A stretch of DNA of 64,000 bases, from positions 186,001 to 250,000 of the forward strand of contig JAXLNO010000319.1 of the NCBI GenBank assembly GCA_038087875.1, in the 5' to 3' direction. Under the pieces are notes generated by a model. That model saw only the letters and a program-made list of their open reading frames with translations. It was not told the origin of the DNA and did not search any database. Source of the stretch: Malacoraja senta. Its lineage: Eukaryota. Shown piece after piece: positions 45,900 through 59,275 of this stretch. How positions within the stretch are numbered: position 1 is the first letter of the stretch; the number at the start of each line of letters is the position of its first letter. Made by a program: the position numbers and the translations under genes.

Positions 45900-48500
45900 T
45901 ATAGTCATAAAGTCAAAGAATGATACAGTGTAGAGACAGCCCCTTCTGCCCAAATCGCCCAAACATGCCAGCAATGTCCCACCTTCACTAGTCCCATTTG
46001 CCTGCGCTTGGTCCATGCCCCTTCCAAAACTGTACTATCCATGTACATGTATCATTGTTTCTTAAAGAATGGGACAGTCCGAGCCTCAACTTCCTCCTCT
46101 GGCAGCATGCTCCATACACCCACCACCCTATGTGTGAAAGCGTTACCTCTCGAATCACTATTAAATATTTTCCATTTCACCTTGAACCTGGTCGTCGATT
46201 CCCCTACTGTGGGAAAAATACTCTGCATCTCCACGATCTATTCCTATCATGATTGTGTACACCTCAATATGACCTCCCATCGTCCTCCTGAGCTCCATGG
46301 AATAGAAACCCAGCCTACTCAACCTATAGCTCACACCCTCTAGCCCAGGTAAAATCCTCGTAAAGCTTTTCTGACGCCCTGTCAAGATTGACAATATCTT
46401 TCCGATAACATGTGCCCAGAACTGAACACGATATTCTAAATGCGTTCTCAGTAACGTCTTATACCTCGGCCACATAACCTCCCAACTCAATACTTTAAAT
46501 GATGAAGGCCATTATGCCAAAAGTATTTTTGACCACCTTATCTACCTGCGACTCGAGATTCAAGGAACAATGCACCTGTACTCCTAAATCTTTCACACTG
46601 CCACATTAGTCCGATGCCTGCAATTCCCTGTGTAGGTCCTGCCGTTGGTCGACGTCCCAAAATGCAACACATCACACTTTTCTGCATTAAATTCCTTCAA
46701 CCATTCCTGCGCCGACCTGGCTAATCGATCCATATCCTGTTGCAACTTTTCACACCCAATTTCACTCTTTGCTAAACCACTGTGTATCAACAGCAAACCT
46801 GCTAATCTTGCAATGTATTTTCTCATCCAATTCATTGATGTAGATGACAAACTGTAACGGACCCAGCCTCGAACCCTGAGGCAAACGACAAGTCACAGGC
46901 CTCCAGTCGGAGAAGCAACCTTCCACCATCACCACTCTGCTTCCTTCCATGGAGCCAATTTGTACCTTCAGTACCTCTTCGACGATAATCCTGAATGCTG
47001 CCAAAACTCTTCCAGTGACTGCTACAATTTCCTCCCTCCTACAATATTTCTCCTCAGTATATGCTGAGAAGATATACTCATCTAAGACCTTGCCCGTCTC
47101 CACACAGATGTGACCGCTTTGAATCCTTTGAGGTCCAACTTTCTCTCTTTAGTAATCTATTTCCCCTCATGCATTATTAAAAATATTTTGGGATTATCCT
47201 TAATGCTACCCGCCAGAGCAATCTCCTGGCCCCTATTTGCCCTTCTGATTTCCTCTTCGGTTTATCCTTTTACAGTTCCCGAAACTCCTGCAGGGTTGCA
47301 CTTGGTTCCAGCTTTCAATACCTGTCCCATGCATCCTTCTTGTTTTTGACTAACGTCTCAATTTCCCTCATCGGCCAAACTCCCTTACATTTGTCTGCTC
47401 TTCACTACAACGGGGACGTACACATCATTAGCTGCCTTAAGTGCACTTTTTAACTTATTCCTCTTGGCCAATGTTCCTTTCCCTTCAAGTAACCTGCTCC
47501 AACCAACTTGATCGAGACCTTCGATCAAACCCTCAGTAGCCCTTACCCACTTGATCAATTAACACGTGGAAGTTCTCTGTCCCTATCCATGTCTATCTTA
47601 AACCTAGTCGAACTGTGGTCAATGCCCCCAAAGGGCGCATCCACGGACAATAACTTGCCCTTCCCAATTTCCAAATTCTAGATCCAACGTTGGCCTCCCA
47701 CGTGTAGGTGGGCCCACATGCTGCTTTAGAAACCTCTCCTGAACACTTTTGCGGAAATCCTCCCCATCTAAACCCTTCACGCTATGACTGTCCCAGTCTA
47801 TATTGGGAAAGTTACAACTCCCTACTACAACCAACAACCTTATTTCACCTGCAGCTTTGTGCAACCCCCCTGGCACATTTGTTCGCCTAATTCCCGTTGA
47901 CTATTCGGGTGTGTGTAGTGTACCCCCAAGAAGGTGATCACCCCTTTCTTGTTCCTTAGCTCCACACATATAGCCTCCCTAGACAACCGTCCGTAATGTC
48001 ACATCTGAACACAGCCGTGACATCCTACTCAACCAACAAAGCACCCCCTCCACTTTTATTCCCTCGCCCCTGTCCATCCTGAAACTCCTGTACCACGGAA
48101 CATTGCGTTACCAGTCTTGTCCCACCCTGAAACATGTTTAACTCATGGCTTCAACGTCCCAGTCGCTCGTACGTACCGATGCACTGAGCCCATCTGCCTT
48201 GCACGTCACGGCCTGGCATTAAAAAAACATGCAGTTTAAACTAACCCTCATTCCTCGCTCAGCGCCTTTCACCCGCCTATTCTGTCCAGTAACCTTTCCC
48301 ACACCACGCTCCATACCAACTTCTGGCCTCTCATTGCCTTGCACGATATCCCACCCCCCTTCCAGTCTAGTTTAAACACTCCCGTGTTTAATTAGCCAAC
48401 CTTCCCGATAGGATGTTTTTCACCCTCCAGTTTAGCTGCAACCCAACCCTTTTATACAGGTTACCCCTGCCCCGGAAGAGATTCCAATGACCTAGACATT
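45900..48500 (-). mobile_element. Old CR1 LINE, decayed ORF2 (EN to 3' end)
   Basis: Fragments LLRTHLEYRVQFW, LPQGSRLGPLQFVIYIN and NFPNIDW...PTRG.PTLDL. Confidence 0.7.
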
Positions 48501-49624
48501 TGAAACCCTGCTCTCTGCACTTCACACCTTTTGACATGATCTGCCATTCACCATCTCGGCTACCATTCTATTCGCCTGTCGATATACCCGAAAACCTTTC
48601 TGCATCCACTTCACTGCCCGCACTGGCACACGATATTTTATCATCCGCAAGTCTGTTTTTAATTGTCCGTGAAAGCAAACAAACTACCAATGCTGGTAAA
48701 CTAAAAAAAACGGAAAGTGCTGAAACTTTCAAGGTCGGATAGCATCTTTGTCGATGGAAAATACTTTAGTTGATCACCAAAAACATTTACTCTCGTCTCC
48801 TCTCCATATATGCTGCCCAACCTGATGAGTGTTTCCATCATTTACTGCATGAAGTTGTCCCTAACTCCATGGAGCATAAAAACCCCACATGATATCATTT
48901 TCCCCGTGGCTATCAAACAGTACAACTGCTCCCTCTACTGTCATGTGGTAGACCGACCCCCCCCTCCCCCACCTCCCCCCCACCTCCCCCCCACCTCCCA
49001 CCCACCTCCCCAATATTTGCACATCTCCAATCCTGGAAGTTCCGGCCGTCACTTTAACTCCATTTACCTTGTGTTTCATGACTAATACCTCTTGACTCAG
49101 ACTTCATGACTCAGACCAATACCTCTCCTGGAATAAATACATTTCTATCGTATCGTATCGAATCAAATCATTGACGCATATTGTGAACAGGGGGTAGAAA
49201 ACGATCCCTGGTCAGCGCCCCCAAACCCCGAAATGTCGCCTAGGTTCCCGCTTCCTTCAGATTGTATCTGTAGCAACATCGGTCAGCGTGATTCGTCGGG
49301 ATCGCAAGTTTGCTGATTCGAGCCATCCCAGGGACGCTGGCGATTACACATATTTTGTCTGTCCGCTTCGCAGTTGCCTGGGTGACACTGCGCTCTCGGG
49401 ACGCGGCGCTCACAATGCCGCCACATTGGACTAACTGGCAGCTTCTCTGCGGAATCTCAAGACCGAGAGCCCGGATGCTGCACTTTGTTTTCCCGGAATG
49501 TGCCATTCTCGGAGAGATACGTCCTTGGAACAATCCCGACTGTTTTACGAGTTTCCGGACAATGCAGATCAAACGTTACATTTTCATTTGTATCTTAGTG
49601 TTTGGTAATTTAGTTTGGGTCTGA

Positions 49625-50510
49625 TCTGTCGGATGGCCGAGAACTTCCTCCAACTAAACGAGAGTAAGTCTGAGGTCATCCTTCTCGGCCCCTCGGACTC
49701 AATCAAAATGATAGCAGGCAGCCTTGGAAGCCTTACCCCACTACTCAAACCTCACGTCAAAAACCAAGGCGTGATATTTGACTCAGCACTGAAATTTGAC
49801 AAACAAGTCAATGCCGTGGTAAAAGCTAGCTTCTTTCAGCTTGGGACGATAGCTAAAATAAAACAATTCCTCCAGTTTGATGACCTCGAAAAGATCATCC
49901 ACACATTCATCTCCTCCCGCCTAAATTACTGCAACGCCCTTTACACTGGCATCAGCCAATCTTCCCTGTCCCGACTGCAACTGGTCCAAAACGCCGCAGC
50001 GAGACTCCTGACGGGCACCCGAAAAAGGGACCACATCCACCCGATCCTGGCCTCTCTCCACTGGCTCCCTGTGCGGTTCCGTATAAACTTCAAGATCCTC
50101 CTCCATGTCTACAAAGCCCTCAATGGGCTTGCCCCCACCTACATAAAATGTATTCTCACCCACCACTCCACGTCCAGGCCCCTCAGATCGGCCGACGTGG
50201 GGTTGCTGAATATCCCACGATCTAGTCATAAGCTCAGGGGCGTCCGCGCCTTTGAGGTTGCAGCCCCTAGACTGTGGAACAGCAACCCCTTTCCCACCAG
50301 AACTGCCCCCTCCATTGACTCTTTTAAGTCAAGCCTAAAGACTTATCTATACTCCCAAGCCTTTCCTGACGTCCTCTGAGTGAGGGCTACGTGTATATAT
50401 GTATGTAGTTTGTTTTGTTTGTGCTATTCTTATAACAAATGTAAAGCACTTTGGCCAACGAGAGTTGTTTTTTAAATGTGCTATATAAGTAAAGGTGACT
50501 TGACTTGATC
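49625..50510 (+). mobile_element. L2 LINE 3' end (ORF 49615..50379)
   Basis: Motifs NFLQLNESKSE, SRLNYCNAL, LQLVQNAAAR, LHWLPV and AAPRLWN. L2 tail tgtaaagcactttgg...tgctatataa followed by (ACTTG)n. Confidence 0.88.
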
Positions 50511-50519
50511 CTGATTGCA

Positions 50520-51100
50520 GAAAGGTCACCGATTTGAGCCGGTGACTCTACGCTTAATTGCTGACACTGGCCAATCTGCAGAGCCTTCCCATCGGTTTCG
50601 GAACACAAACGCCCGTGTTCATTGGTGCCATGATGGAGCTTTCCATTCTGGCACTTCGGGATATCCGCTTTCTTCAGGAAACGTGCCAACCCACCTCACC
50701 CGCCCCCAAACAACACCTGCTGTTGCGCATGGATACCTCAGCGATGTCTCCTGTGTCATGCAATTTTGATCGAGAGCCTACTCCCCCTCGTCCACCCCGG
50801 TTACCGCACCAGCCTAGGCATCCAACGTATAAATATATTTCATATCCGACACATTCAACATAATCTCACCAACATGTACATCGTCGCGTTCGCGTCCCTT
50901 AGCCCTTTCAGTCGAGACTACTTTCTCCGTAATTGCCTCTCTCATCCATTGGCAATCAAATCATCCCCTTCCCAGGTATTTCCTTCTGCAAACACAGATT
51001 CAATAAAGGTCAACACGTGTCCGCTTTTACTTCCAAAGCGGAACATTCAGGAGAGACATGGGTTCAAATGAATATCCTCTCTCACGTCAACTCCCATTCG
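50520..51100 (+). mobile_element. Highly decayed Penelope-like fragment
   Basis: Contains PLVHPGYRTSLGIQRI.F.HIRH.Q-like and SRDYFLRN segments resembling 42800-42960. Confidence 0.45.
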
Positions 51101-53170
51101 GGCACCGACGTTTTGGCCTGAAACACTTCCATTACCGGAGTGAGGTCATACTTGGAACTTGCCGTAGTTGGCAACATGGTAAGCTTCTCCAATGATATAT
51201 TCGGTGCCAGTGATCTATGTTGTGTACGATACGTTACGATATAACTTTAATATCCCAGGAGGGAAATTGATCTGCCAACAGTCATGCACAAGATACATGA
51301 AACATAAAATTATTCCTCTTACCTGGTCTTAAACTCTAAGGACTTCACAGAAATTTTGCTAGGAGGTTGCCAGTACTTGATGGACTGACCGATGGGGCGT
51401 TGGTTGGCTAACTGTTACATAATTATTTAGAGCGTAGGAGGCCGAGAGGTGACAGGTGCATAGGACCATGAGGGAATATATTGTCTGATTGTCTGAATGT
51501 TCAGAGTAATGTACCCAGAATAGAGGAATGATGATACGTTTAGGGGGAGAACGGAAATATTAATCTGGAAGCTTTACAAACAGATTGTGATGGGTACATG
51601 GAACGAGCTCTCATAGGAAGTACGAAGCATGTACGAGCTCTCGTAGCAAGCAGGTACGATAGGTACATTGAAACATATATTTTGATGGGTACCTGGAGAT
51701 TAAAGGTTGAGAGGAAAATGAATCACATGTGGACGTGGATGGTATAGATGGGGCACCTTGGACGGCATAGGCAAGTTTGGTAGAAGCGCCTATCTTAGAG
51801 CTGCATGACTATGACTCTCTGACTTGGACGTCACCGATTTTCTGCAACTTAGTTATGTTGTGAACTCGTTCCGCCATTTTCCCAACATAAAACCGCTATC
51901 AACAGTGCGCCGTTGGGTGGGAAATTAGGTTAAAGTTAGATGTGTTTATAGCGACCCTAGGCGGCTCCATGAGGTACGGAACTGTGGGTTTGGATCTGAG
52001 CCATCTCTAAACTACGTCATCAAAAATGGAATCGACCTGCTGTGCTTCATGCAGTGGTGCAGGGAACGCTGTGGCAGGTAAACAAACAGAATTTGTACAA
52101 TTAATATAAATGTACAAAACGGATTCTGCTGGAAGAACTCTGCCGTGCAGTCTCTGGAAAGATTAAAACACATGTATAGGACAGGTTCGGCGGAATTTGG
52201 ACCAAACGCAGGAAGGTGGGACTAGTGCAGTTGGGACATGTTGGCCGATGTGGACAAGTTAGGCCGAGGGGACTGTTTCCACGATGAATCACTTATGATT
52301 ATAAAACAATTCAGCTCAGAGACCCTTGGAACTAATGATTTTTCTAAGTTTAATAAGGGCATAGGAGACTGTGTTTAGCAGTTTGATATTTACCGATTGT
52401 TGGGTGTATTCTATCTCTAGAGGAGACATTCAGTGAGGATGGAATATGCTGTGCTTTAGGCGTACAAAGGCACCGTGGGTGTTCTCAGCAAAGCCTCATT
52501 TTTTGGAGTGCGAGGCTGCGCCGCCACTATAAAGACATGGGATAGGGACTTCGGACAGATGGAGCCTGCCGGTCATAAACGTAATCGTGTTGAATTCGAC
52601 CCTACCGAAAGAAAGTTTGTTCCCTGTCATGAGCCTGTTCAATCGATATCTACAACAAATTGAGACCAATGGCATGAAATAAATCATTACAGTCTGAGTG
52701 GTCACATTTTCACAGCACAATGAAGAGGACACGAGTAAATCTAGCATGCGAATTTCAATATTGAATGTAATGTGTATTTATAGACACACTGAATTTTTCT
52801 CCTCTCGTTTGTAACAATAGTTTACATTGTACTATGTTTATATATTATGTGGTGCTGCTGCAAGTAAGAATGTCATTGTTCTATCTGGGAATATGACAAT
52901 AAAACATTCTTGACTTGTCGCAGGACATTGGTGTTTTTCACCGGAACTGTTATGCTGCAATGCTGATAAACTATATTCTGTACTTTATCTATTTGTTATA
53001 CCCATCCTACGTGTGTTTGGCTTGTTTTCATTCATGTATAGCATTGTCTGATGCCATGAGAGAGCACAGAAATACAAGGTTTTCACGCAACGCGTAACAA
53101 ATATTAACCTTGACCTAACCTAAACCTTCTCCACCGATAGAACAAATAGTAAGTAGGTGAGACATTTGTG

Positions 53171-54210
53171 TAGCAATGTTACAAAATTTTGCGATTTTAA
53201 AAATAAAGTCTGCAATTTATCCCATCAGATAAAGCATAAAAAGAAGTTTAATTTGACACCTAATTCACTTTCATATCTTCAGTATTAAAGAAGTTATGGC
53301 CATTTTCATACTTGGAAATTAGCATCTTGTTCCTTATTGCTTTTCCATTGACTTAACACAAAAGTTGTGATCGAGGACAGTCAAAAGCCCATAATTTTCT
53401 TAAACATTAAGATAACTGAAAGATATTTTCAGTTATTATAGATTGAAGCATTCTGAAACAAATATGAAACAATCTTACTTAGAAGACATGAAAGTAAAGC
53501 ATATAATTAGTTATTTACCTAATTGAAGCTAATTACAAAATTCAATTACTAGATCTAAACATCTATCAATTTCTTAAGAATAGATTAACATTTTTAAATA
53601 GCCTAAGTGTCCAAATAACATTCACGCAATAATTCACAATATAACATAATTTTGATTTCTCATTTTCATGAATTTACAGGCCAAATGGAAGGAATTGAAT
53701 GTTAAATACCTATACATTAATGGGCATTTAAATCATCTTGCGAGTGACGATTTCTGGAACGCGATCTTTTGGAACGTTCATTTGCGGTGAATTTAACCCC
53801 GTATTGGCATGAAAAATACTGCCGTTAGTTCGGGGAATAAAATCACCGTGTCGCATGAAAAAATGTGAATTAAAGGCTTCTTAAGAAGCACTTTTATACA
53901 TTTAAAGAAACCACTTTCGTTTACCTGTCCCGTGTGTGAAATCCGTCCCCGTTATCGGCGTTGACGCTTCAGGAGCTGCTTTTAAAATTACTCTAGCGCT
54001 GACATTGACGAATTAATAAAAATAAAAAATTCACAAAACGCCACTAGGAACGATTCTTCAGCCAACGGTTGTACTCGAACGAAATATAATTCAGGACAAG
54101 GGCGGAGAAACCGCGTTTTAACCCCGCCCCTCCTTAAAGGCGCCAATATCGCGCACACGGCCAGTGGCAGAATTACAGCGCGACTGAAGGTAAGTTTTGT
54201 AACATACCTA
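53171..54210 (-). mobile_element. Non-autonomous DNA transposon copy 2, 7-bp TSD (ATTTGTG)
   Basis: TIR tagcaatgttacaaaa / ttttgtaacataccta. TSD at 53164-53170 and 54211-54217. Reverse complement of 13642-14682. Confidence 0.87.
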
Positions 54211-54303
54211 ATTTGTGGAAAAAAATTTTGTGGGGAAAAATGGTAGTTTCCAACGGAGAGAATTTCAGCAAAATAACGAACCATCAGCAAGAATCTGTTA
54301 CTT

Positions 54304-56758
54304 TGTGGCGTCAGCTGCTGGTCAGACCAGTTACGGGCGCACCCTCGTCAATGGTTACGAGGGCTCTCACGTGACGTCATTGGTGAAGGGGGGTGCCCTG
54401 CTATATAAAAATCTCACCTTGAGATCAACAGTCGACAGGTAGCTGAACTCGAGTGAACACCCTCGCTCAGCAGCAGCAGCAACAACTGAATATGTTAGAG
54501 GATCAAACTTGCATGTACACCAACCATGTAAAGTCTGAATAAAGCAATTGTTTGTTCATCACGTTTGGTACCGCTACATTCGTGACACGCGGTGATCCAA
54601 ATTGGGATTTTGAATTTCTCCCGACGCACGCAGCCTCGGGAGACCAGATTTCTGCAATAGCCCTGCTGAACGACGCTGCAGCCAACCCGGCCCTACCGTA
54701 ATGTATTCCGCCGACGACGATCTCAACGCGCTCCTGCGACTGTTCTCAGCAGACGCAGGACGCCCGAATCGATGGGCGCGATCCGGGCGGTGTTGACGGC
54801 CGCCAATCTCTCCCACATGAACCGCGCGAAGCCGACCTCCGGGGTTTCGCTCGCCCACCAGTTGTCGCTCACTCATGGGCCGTCGCCTCCCACCAGCCGC
54901 CGCCCCGCACACTTCCGGGAATCGCCTGGGTTGACCGCTAGCAAAGGCCACCTCGGTCGGCTGCCAAAATAGCTGTAGCGGCCTTCAACCACATGGCCTG
55001 CCGGAAGCGCCGCTCGACCTGCTCTGACCGGCGTCAGCAGCGCCACCTCACGTCGGATTGTGTATCTGCAGCCTGTCCGCCGGCAACAGCGCCTCGTCAG
55101 GTCGGATGATATGGCGGGAAGTGGAAGTGGCGGGGCTGCCTTGCAGCTGCGGCTCGCCTGCAGTCCGTTTATCTTTTCTTTTTTGTTTTCTTTTGTCCCG
55201 TTGTTGCAGTTTGTTTTGGTTTATTTAGTTGTGTATGTGTGGGGGGGGGTGGGAGAAGCATGTTTTTTGGCTCTTCCTTCGGGGGGGATGCGACCTTTCT
55301 TGCCGTATCCCCCGTCTCCGTCTCCGTCTGCGCTGAGGCCTGTCGCGGAGCTGGCGGCCTCCAACTGGGACCGACCTCGGGGCTCGGGAGGCGGAGCCAG
55401 CCAGGACTTGCCAGCGCGGGGCTGGCCGACTTCGGGGCTGTGGTGGCGTTGCGACCCGACTTCCGACCCGACTTCGGAACGTCGGAGGCTCGGCGAGGGC
55501 CAGTGGACGACATCGTCGGGAGCTCGCAGGTCAAAGGTTGGTGACCTGTTTTTCCGTAGCTCCCGCAACAACAGCTGCGTCCGCTGGACTGGAAGGCGGC
55601 AGCTACGGCAGCTTCGACCGCCCTGGGCCGCGGCGTTTGAACCGGCCCGTTCGGATTCAACCGCGGGACTTACTTACCATCACCCGGCGGGGTCATAACA
55701 TCGGAGGCCTGGATCGCCTCAGCGCAGAGGGAGAGCAAGGAGGGAAGAGACATGGACTTTGGGACTTTTTGCCCTCCATCACAGTGAGGAGGTGCCTGGT
55801 TGACTCACTGTGGTGGATGTTAAACTGAGTTGAGTGTGTGTTTTTGTTATTTATTCTATGTTATGACTGCAGGCTAAACCATTTCGTTGCACTGAAAAGT
55901 GCAATGACAATAAATTGAATCAAAATCAAAATCAAATATCACTGCAAACTGCAGTTTTACAGCTTCCTGCACAGCTTCACGTCAGACACTGTACCATTTG
56001 AACATGCAGTTTGCTACCACTTTGGACTTGGTTGCTCATTGTAGTTTGTTTTGTTTCTTTTTATTTTTTTACACCAATGACGTCGCTGGGTTTAGCTATT
56101 GGTTTATTCATATTTCTTTGTTGTATTTTATTTGGTTTGCATTGCTGCCGACGTCTCCCAGCCGCTGCTACGTGCCGTATACCTCGGGACACAATCCCCT
56201 TGCTGTGTTTCGTCCGTCCTGCGGGTTTTGCATTGGTCTCCTTGCTCAGGCACGGGATGGCCCACAGACGGAGCGTCGACTGCACCAGCGGGCCCCACCG
56301 TCCCGACCCACGGCCGTTGTTCCCCCGACCACAGCAGAAGCCGCCCTCGACCATGCTTGCACACTTTATGGTGGAAGGTGAGCGCGTTCTATCTTTTTCG
56401 CATGTGCATTTAGGTCTTTTGGCTGCCGCGTTTCGTTTGCCTGCTCGTTTTCTTTCCTCCGGTTCTGCGGGGTGTGTCCTGTGGCGTCAGCTGATGGTCA
56501 GACCACATACGGTCGAACCCTGTCAGTGGTTCCGAGGGCTGTCACGTGACGTCAAGGGTTATGGGGAGTGTGCTGCCATGTAAGCAGATCACTCCTTGAG
56601 ATCAAGAGACGAAAGGTAGCTGAGCTCGATTCAACACCCTTGCTCAGCAGCAGCAGCAGCAATAACTGAATATGTTAGAGGAACAAATTTGCATGTAAAC
56701 CAAACGTGTAACGTTTGAATAAAGCAACTGTTTGTTCACAAAGTTTGGTACCACTACA
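54304..56758 (+). mobile_element. Internally deleted Gypsy-like LTR element with two LTRs (54304-54578 and 56480-56758)
   Basis: Both LTRs run TGTGGCGTCAGC...GGTACC(G/A)CTACA with AATAAA; the left one has a TATA box. Decayed PBS follows the 5' LTR and a G-rich PPT precedes the 3' LTR. Near-TSD ACTT/ACAT. Confidence 0.75.
55123..55937 (+). mobile_element. GC-rich non-autonomous retroelement with 3' stem-loop and (AAATC)n tail
   Basis: 3' hairpin ttgcac-tgaaaa-gtgcaa, then aataaa and the tail. Related to 826-1146. 5' boundary uncertain. Confidence 0.55.
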
Positions 56759-57264
56759 ACATCAGATATTTTGTGACTCATCTAGTTTAGGTAGTGAACG
56801 AAATATCACAGATGACACAGCAACTGGTTTTCGGGTTGCGTATGGAGAACAAACTAACATATCCGTAATTCATCCTGTGGACTTCACTCATGAATTGATA
56901 AACCTCTATAAGATCACTGCTCAGTCTCCTGTGCTGCAAGGAATAAGCCTGTGTTGCCAATTTCCCCCTTAAATTACACCGCGCAATTTCTGGCGATATA
57001 TTTAAAAATCGTATATGCATATTTCCCATCCTACACATATCGATAGGATGAAGTCACAGTGTCTTCTGCAAGGTGGGGGTTTCAAAATCTAAACAGCATA
57101 TGTTTAAATTGAGAGTGACAATATTTATTCCGACCGAAGTGCCTAATACTCCTCCGGGTGTTGGTATATCGAACGAGTTGCCAGAGGCGGTAATCGAGGC
57201 AGATATAGGATGGAGACCAGTTTGATGAGCTTACATCAAAAGCTTGCTAAATGAAAGCGCTCAC

Positions 57265-57375
57265 AGTTTTAGGTCCAATCCCGATTACGGGTGCTGTCTG
57301 CACGGAGTTTGTATATTCTCCCCGTGACCGCATGGGTTTACTCCGAGATCTTCGGTTTCCACCCTCACTCCAAAA
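57265..57375 (+). mobile_element. V-SINE (HE1-like) fragment
   Basis: V-domain-like ggagtttgtatattctccccgtg...gggtttactccg...ggtttcc. Confidence 0.55.
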
Positions 57376-57379
57376 CCAA

Positions 57380-57904
57380 CAGGTTTTGCACATCTCAAAG
57401 CAGGGTCCTCAGCTGCCGAAGGAGCCTCGGTGGCAGCAGGAGCCTTGCGGGCTCGGCTACAGTGGGTCCTCGCTATCGACGCACGATCAGCGGTCGATGA
57501 GCGTGAGGTTGGAGGGGAAGACAATGAGGACCCGGTGTGGGCGACCGCCGTGAAGTACAATGAAGGGCGTGGGGACGACGACCGTGAAGAACAATGGAGG
57601 GGCCAGCATGGGGGGGACCGCCTTGCGCGATGGCGGGAGAACAAAGCGAGACCCGGTGTGGGGAAGTGGGGAGGGGGGTTACATTTTAGTTTCAGAACAT
57701 GCTGCCCAGGTGATAAGCCAGAGTTCGGTACTTGGTTCCGGTTGAGGCGTTGTACACACGGCAGCAAGGCAACTGTCGGTTGTCTTCTTTTTTTTCACTT
57801 TTAATTTAATTCTAATTTCATGTTTTCTTGTACCTTGTTGTATGGTATGACTGATGGCAGACCAATTTCCCTCCGGGGATGAATAAAGTTCTATCGTATG
57901 GTAT
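57380..57904 (+). mobile_element. Non-autonomous retroelement 3' part with (TCGTA)n-type tail
   Basis: Tail gactgatggcagaccaatttccctccggggatgaataaagttctatcgta. The same tail occurs inverted at about 51225-51290 and partially at about 49125-49160. Confidence 0.55.
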
Positions 57905-57954
57905 CTTTAATTATGTGTAAATTGCTCATTCTAAGCTTCCTCCAGTCTGGTTTC

Positions 57955-59275
57955 TGTCAAAAACCACTGAATCGAGCACTAGCGCAACGAATCTTTAATT
58001 AAAACTCAATTACAATTCAATCACTATATCTAACCACCGCGTGTTCGAGCCTCGTATCTGCCTGATGAAGCCCTCTAGGCCTCGCTCAAACAGAGACATT
58101 CCAGAAGGTCACGCAGTCCTAAGCGCTCTCCCAGAAGTTCGACGCTGGACCTCGTGGCAGCGGACTTTTATAGGTCCCCGGACCTTGAGGGACCGAACCA
58201 CATGGGGGTGGACTCTTTACAATCAAATTACAGTTATCGATTAACCCCATACATAACTGATATTTCTCTAACCCAATAATACAGTGGCTAATACATTGTA
58301 TTCAATCAGACTTCTGGGAGGAAGCATACATCTCAACATTTACCCTGTTCTGCAAGAAAACCAGACAAGGCTCAATACATCATCCAATCAACAATCAGTA
58401 AAGTAAAGATTGGCAACGTTATTTACAATTATTTACAAGGTGTATGTCTGGTTTGCAGTCATCCAATCCATTCTATGCACTTTGCACTTAATTTACAGGG
58501 TCTGCAGACGTTCCCATCCCCTTCTTGCAGCTTGGATCTAGGCTCAAGACAAACTGGCACCACTATGCAGCTTGTCCCAGTTCCACATGGAGCATTTTCA
58601 AATTGACGAAATATCCAAGCAGTCCTGACGCCTTTACCAAATTTTAAAGTCCTAGCCTCTCCAATCTGTTCAGAATTAACATTCCTTCCTTTTTATCATA
58701 TATGATAACCCATCATTTATGATAATAATAATAATAATAATAGATTTTATTTATATAGCGCTTTTCAGCACTCAAAGTCGCTTGCCAAATAGTCCAATAA
58801 TCAGCTAACCAGGTATACATAAGTGTGTCCATTACATTTCCCATTTATCAGCAACACAAAGTGATGATGTTTCTTCCCAGAATCTTGTCAAGCTTCCCGA
58901 GTTTTCGTTGGCGTAGCTTCAGAATTTCCGTCTGATGAATCTTCACCTCCCGAGTTTTCGTGGGCGCGAATTACCTCCGTGTTGTTGCCCATTCTTCCAT
59001 CCCTTTCCACAGTCGAACCTATAACCTAAAATTCCTGAAAAACTTGGGACAAAGCAAGTTACCATCATGCACCAATGCTTTCCTATACATTCACTATAAT
59101 TCGGCTATACATATTCCTACTCAATTTTCTATCGAATCTATTATGTTCTGCTCTATCACTGTATACCTATTCCTATTCTGTTCCCTAATATACTCTTTAT
59201 TATCCTAGGATCAACGGTAATCAGCCTCCTTCATATTCACACGATGTTACGATATGTATATCTGGTGATGGGTTG
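57955..59275 (-). mobile_element. ERV/LTR-element 3' LTR (57955-58681) with adjacent internal sequence
   Basis: Minus strand: PPT aaaaggaaggaa directly before TGTTAA...TTGACA. TATAAAA near 58170 and ATTAAA near 57995, in U3-R order. Confidence 0.55.

Noticed and set aside
51860..52760. Possible leader exon (ATG at about 52026 to CAG|GTAAAC) and downstream exon
   Set aside because: The peptide is not signal-like, downstream frames contain stops, and no homology was recognised.
54574..56583. CpG island with host-gene ORFs
   Set aside because: Lies wholly between two LTRs and includes a nested repeat. The ORFs lack recognisable domains.
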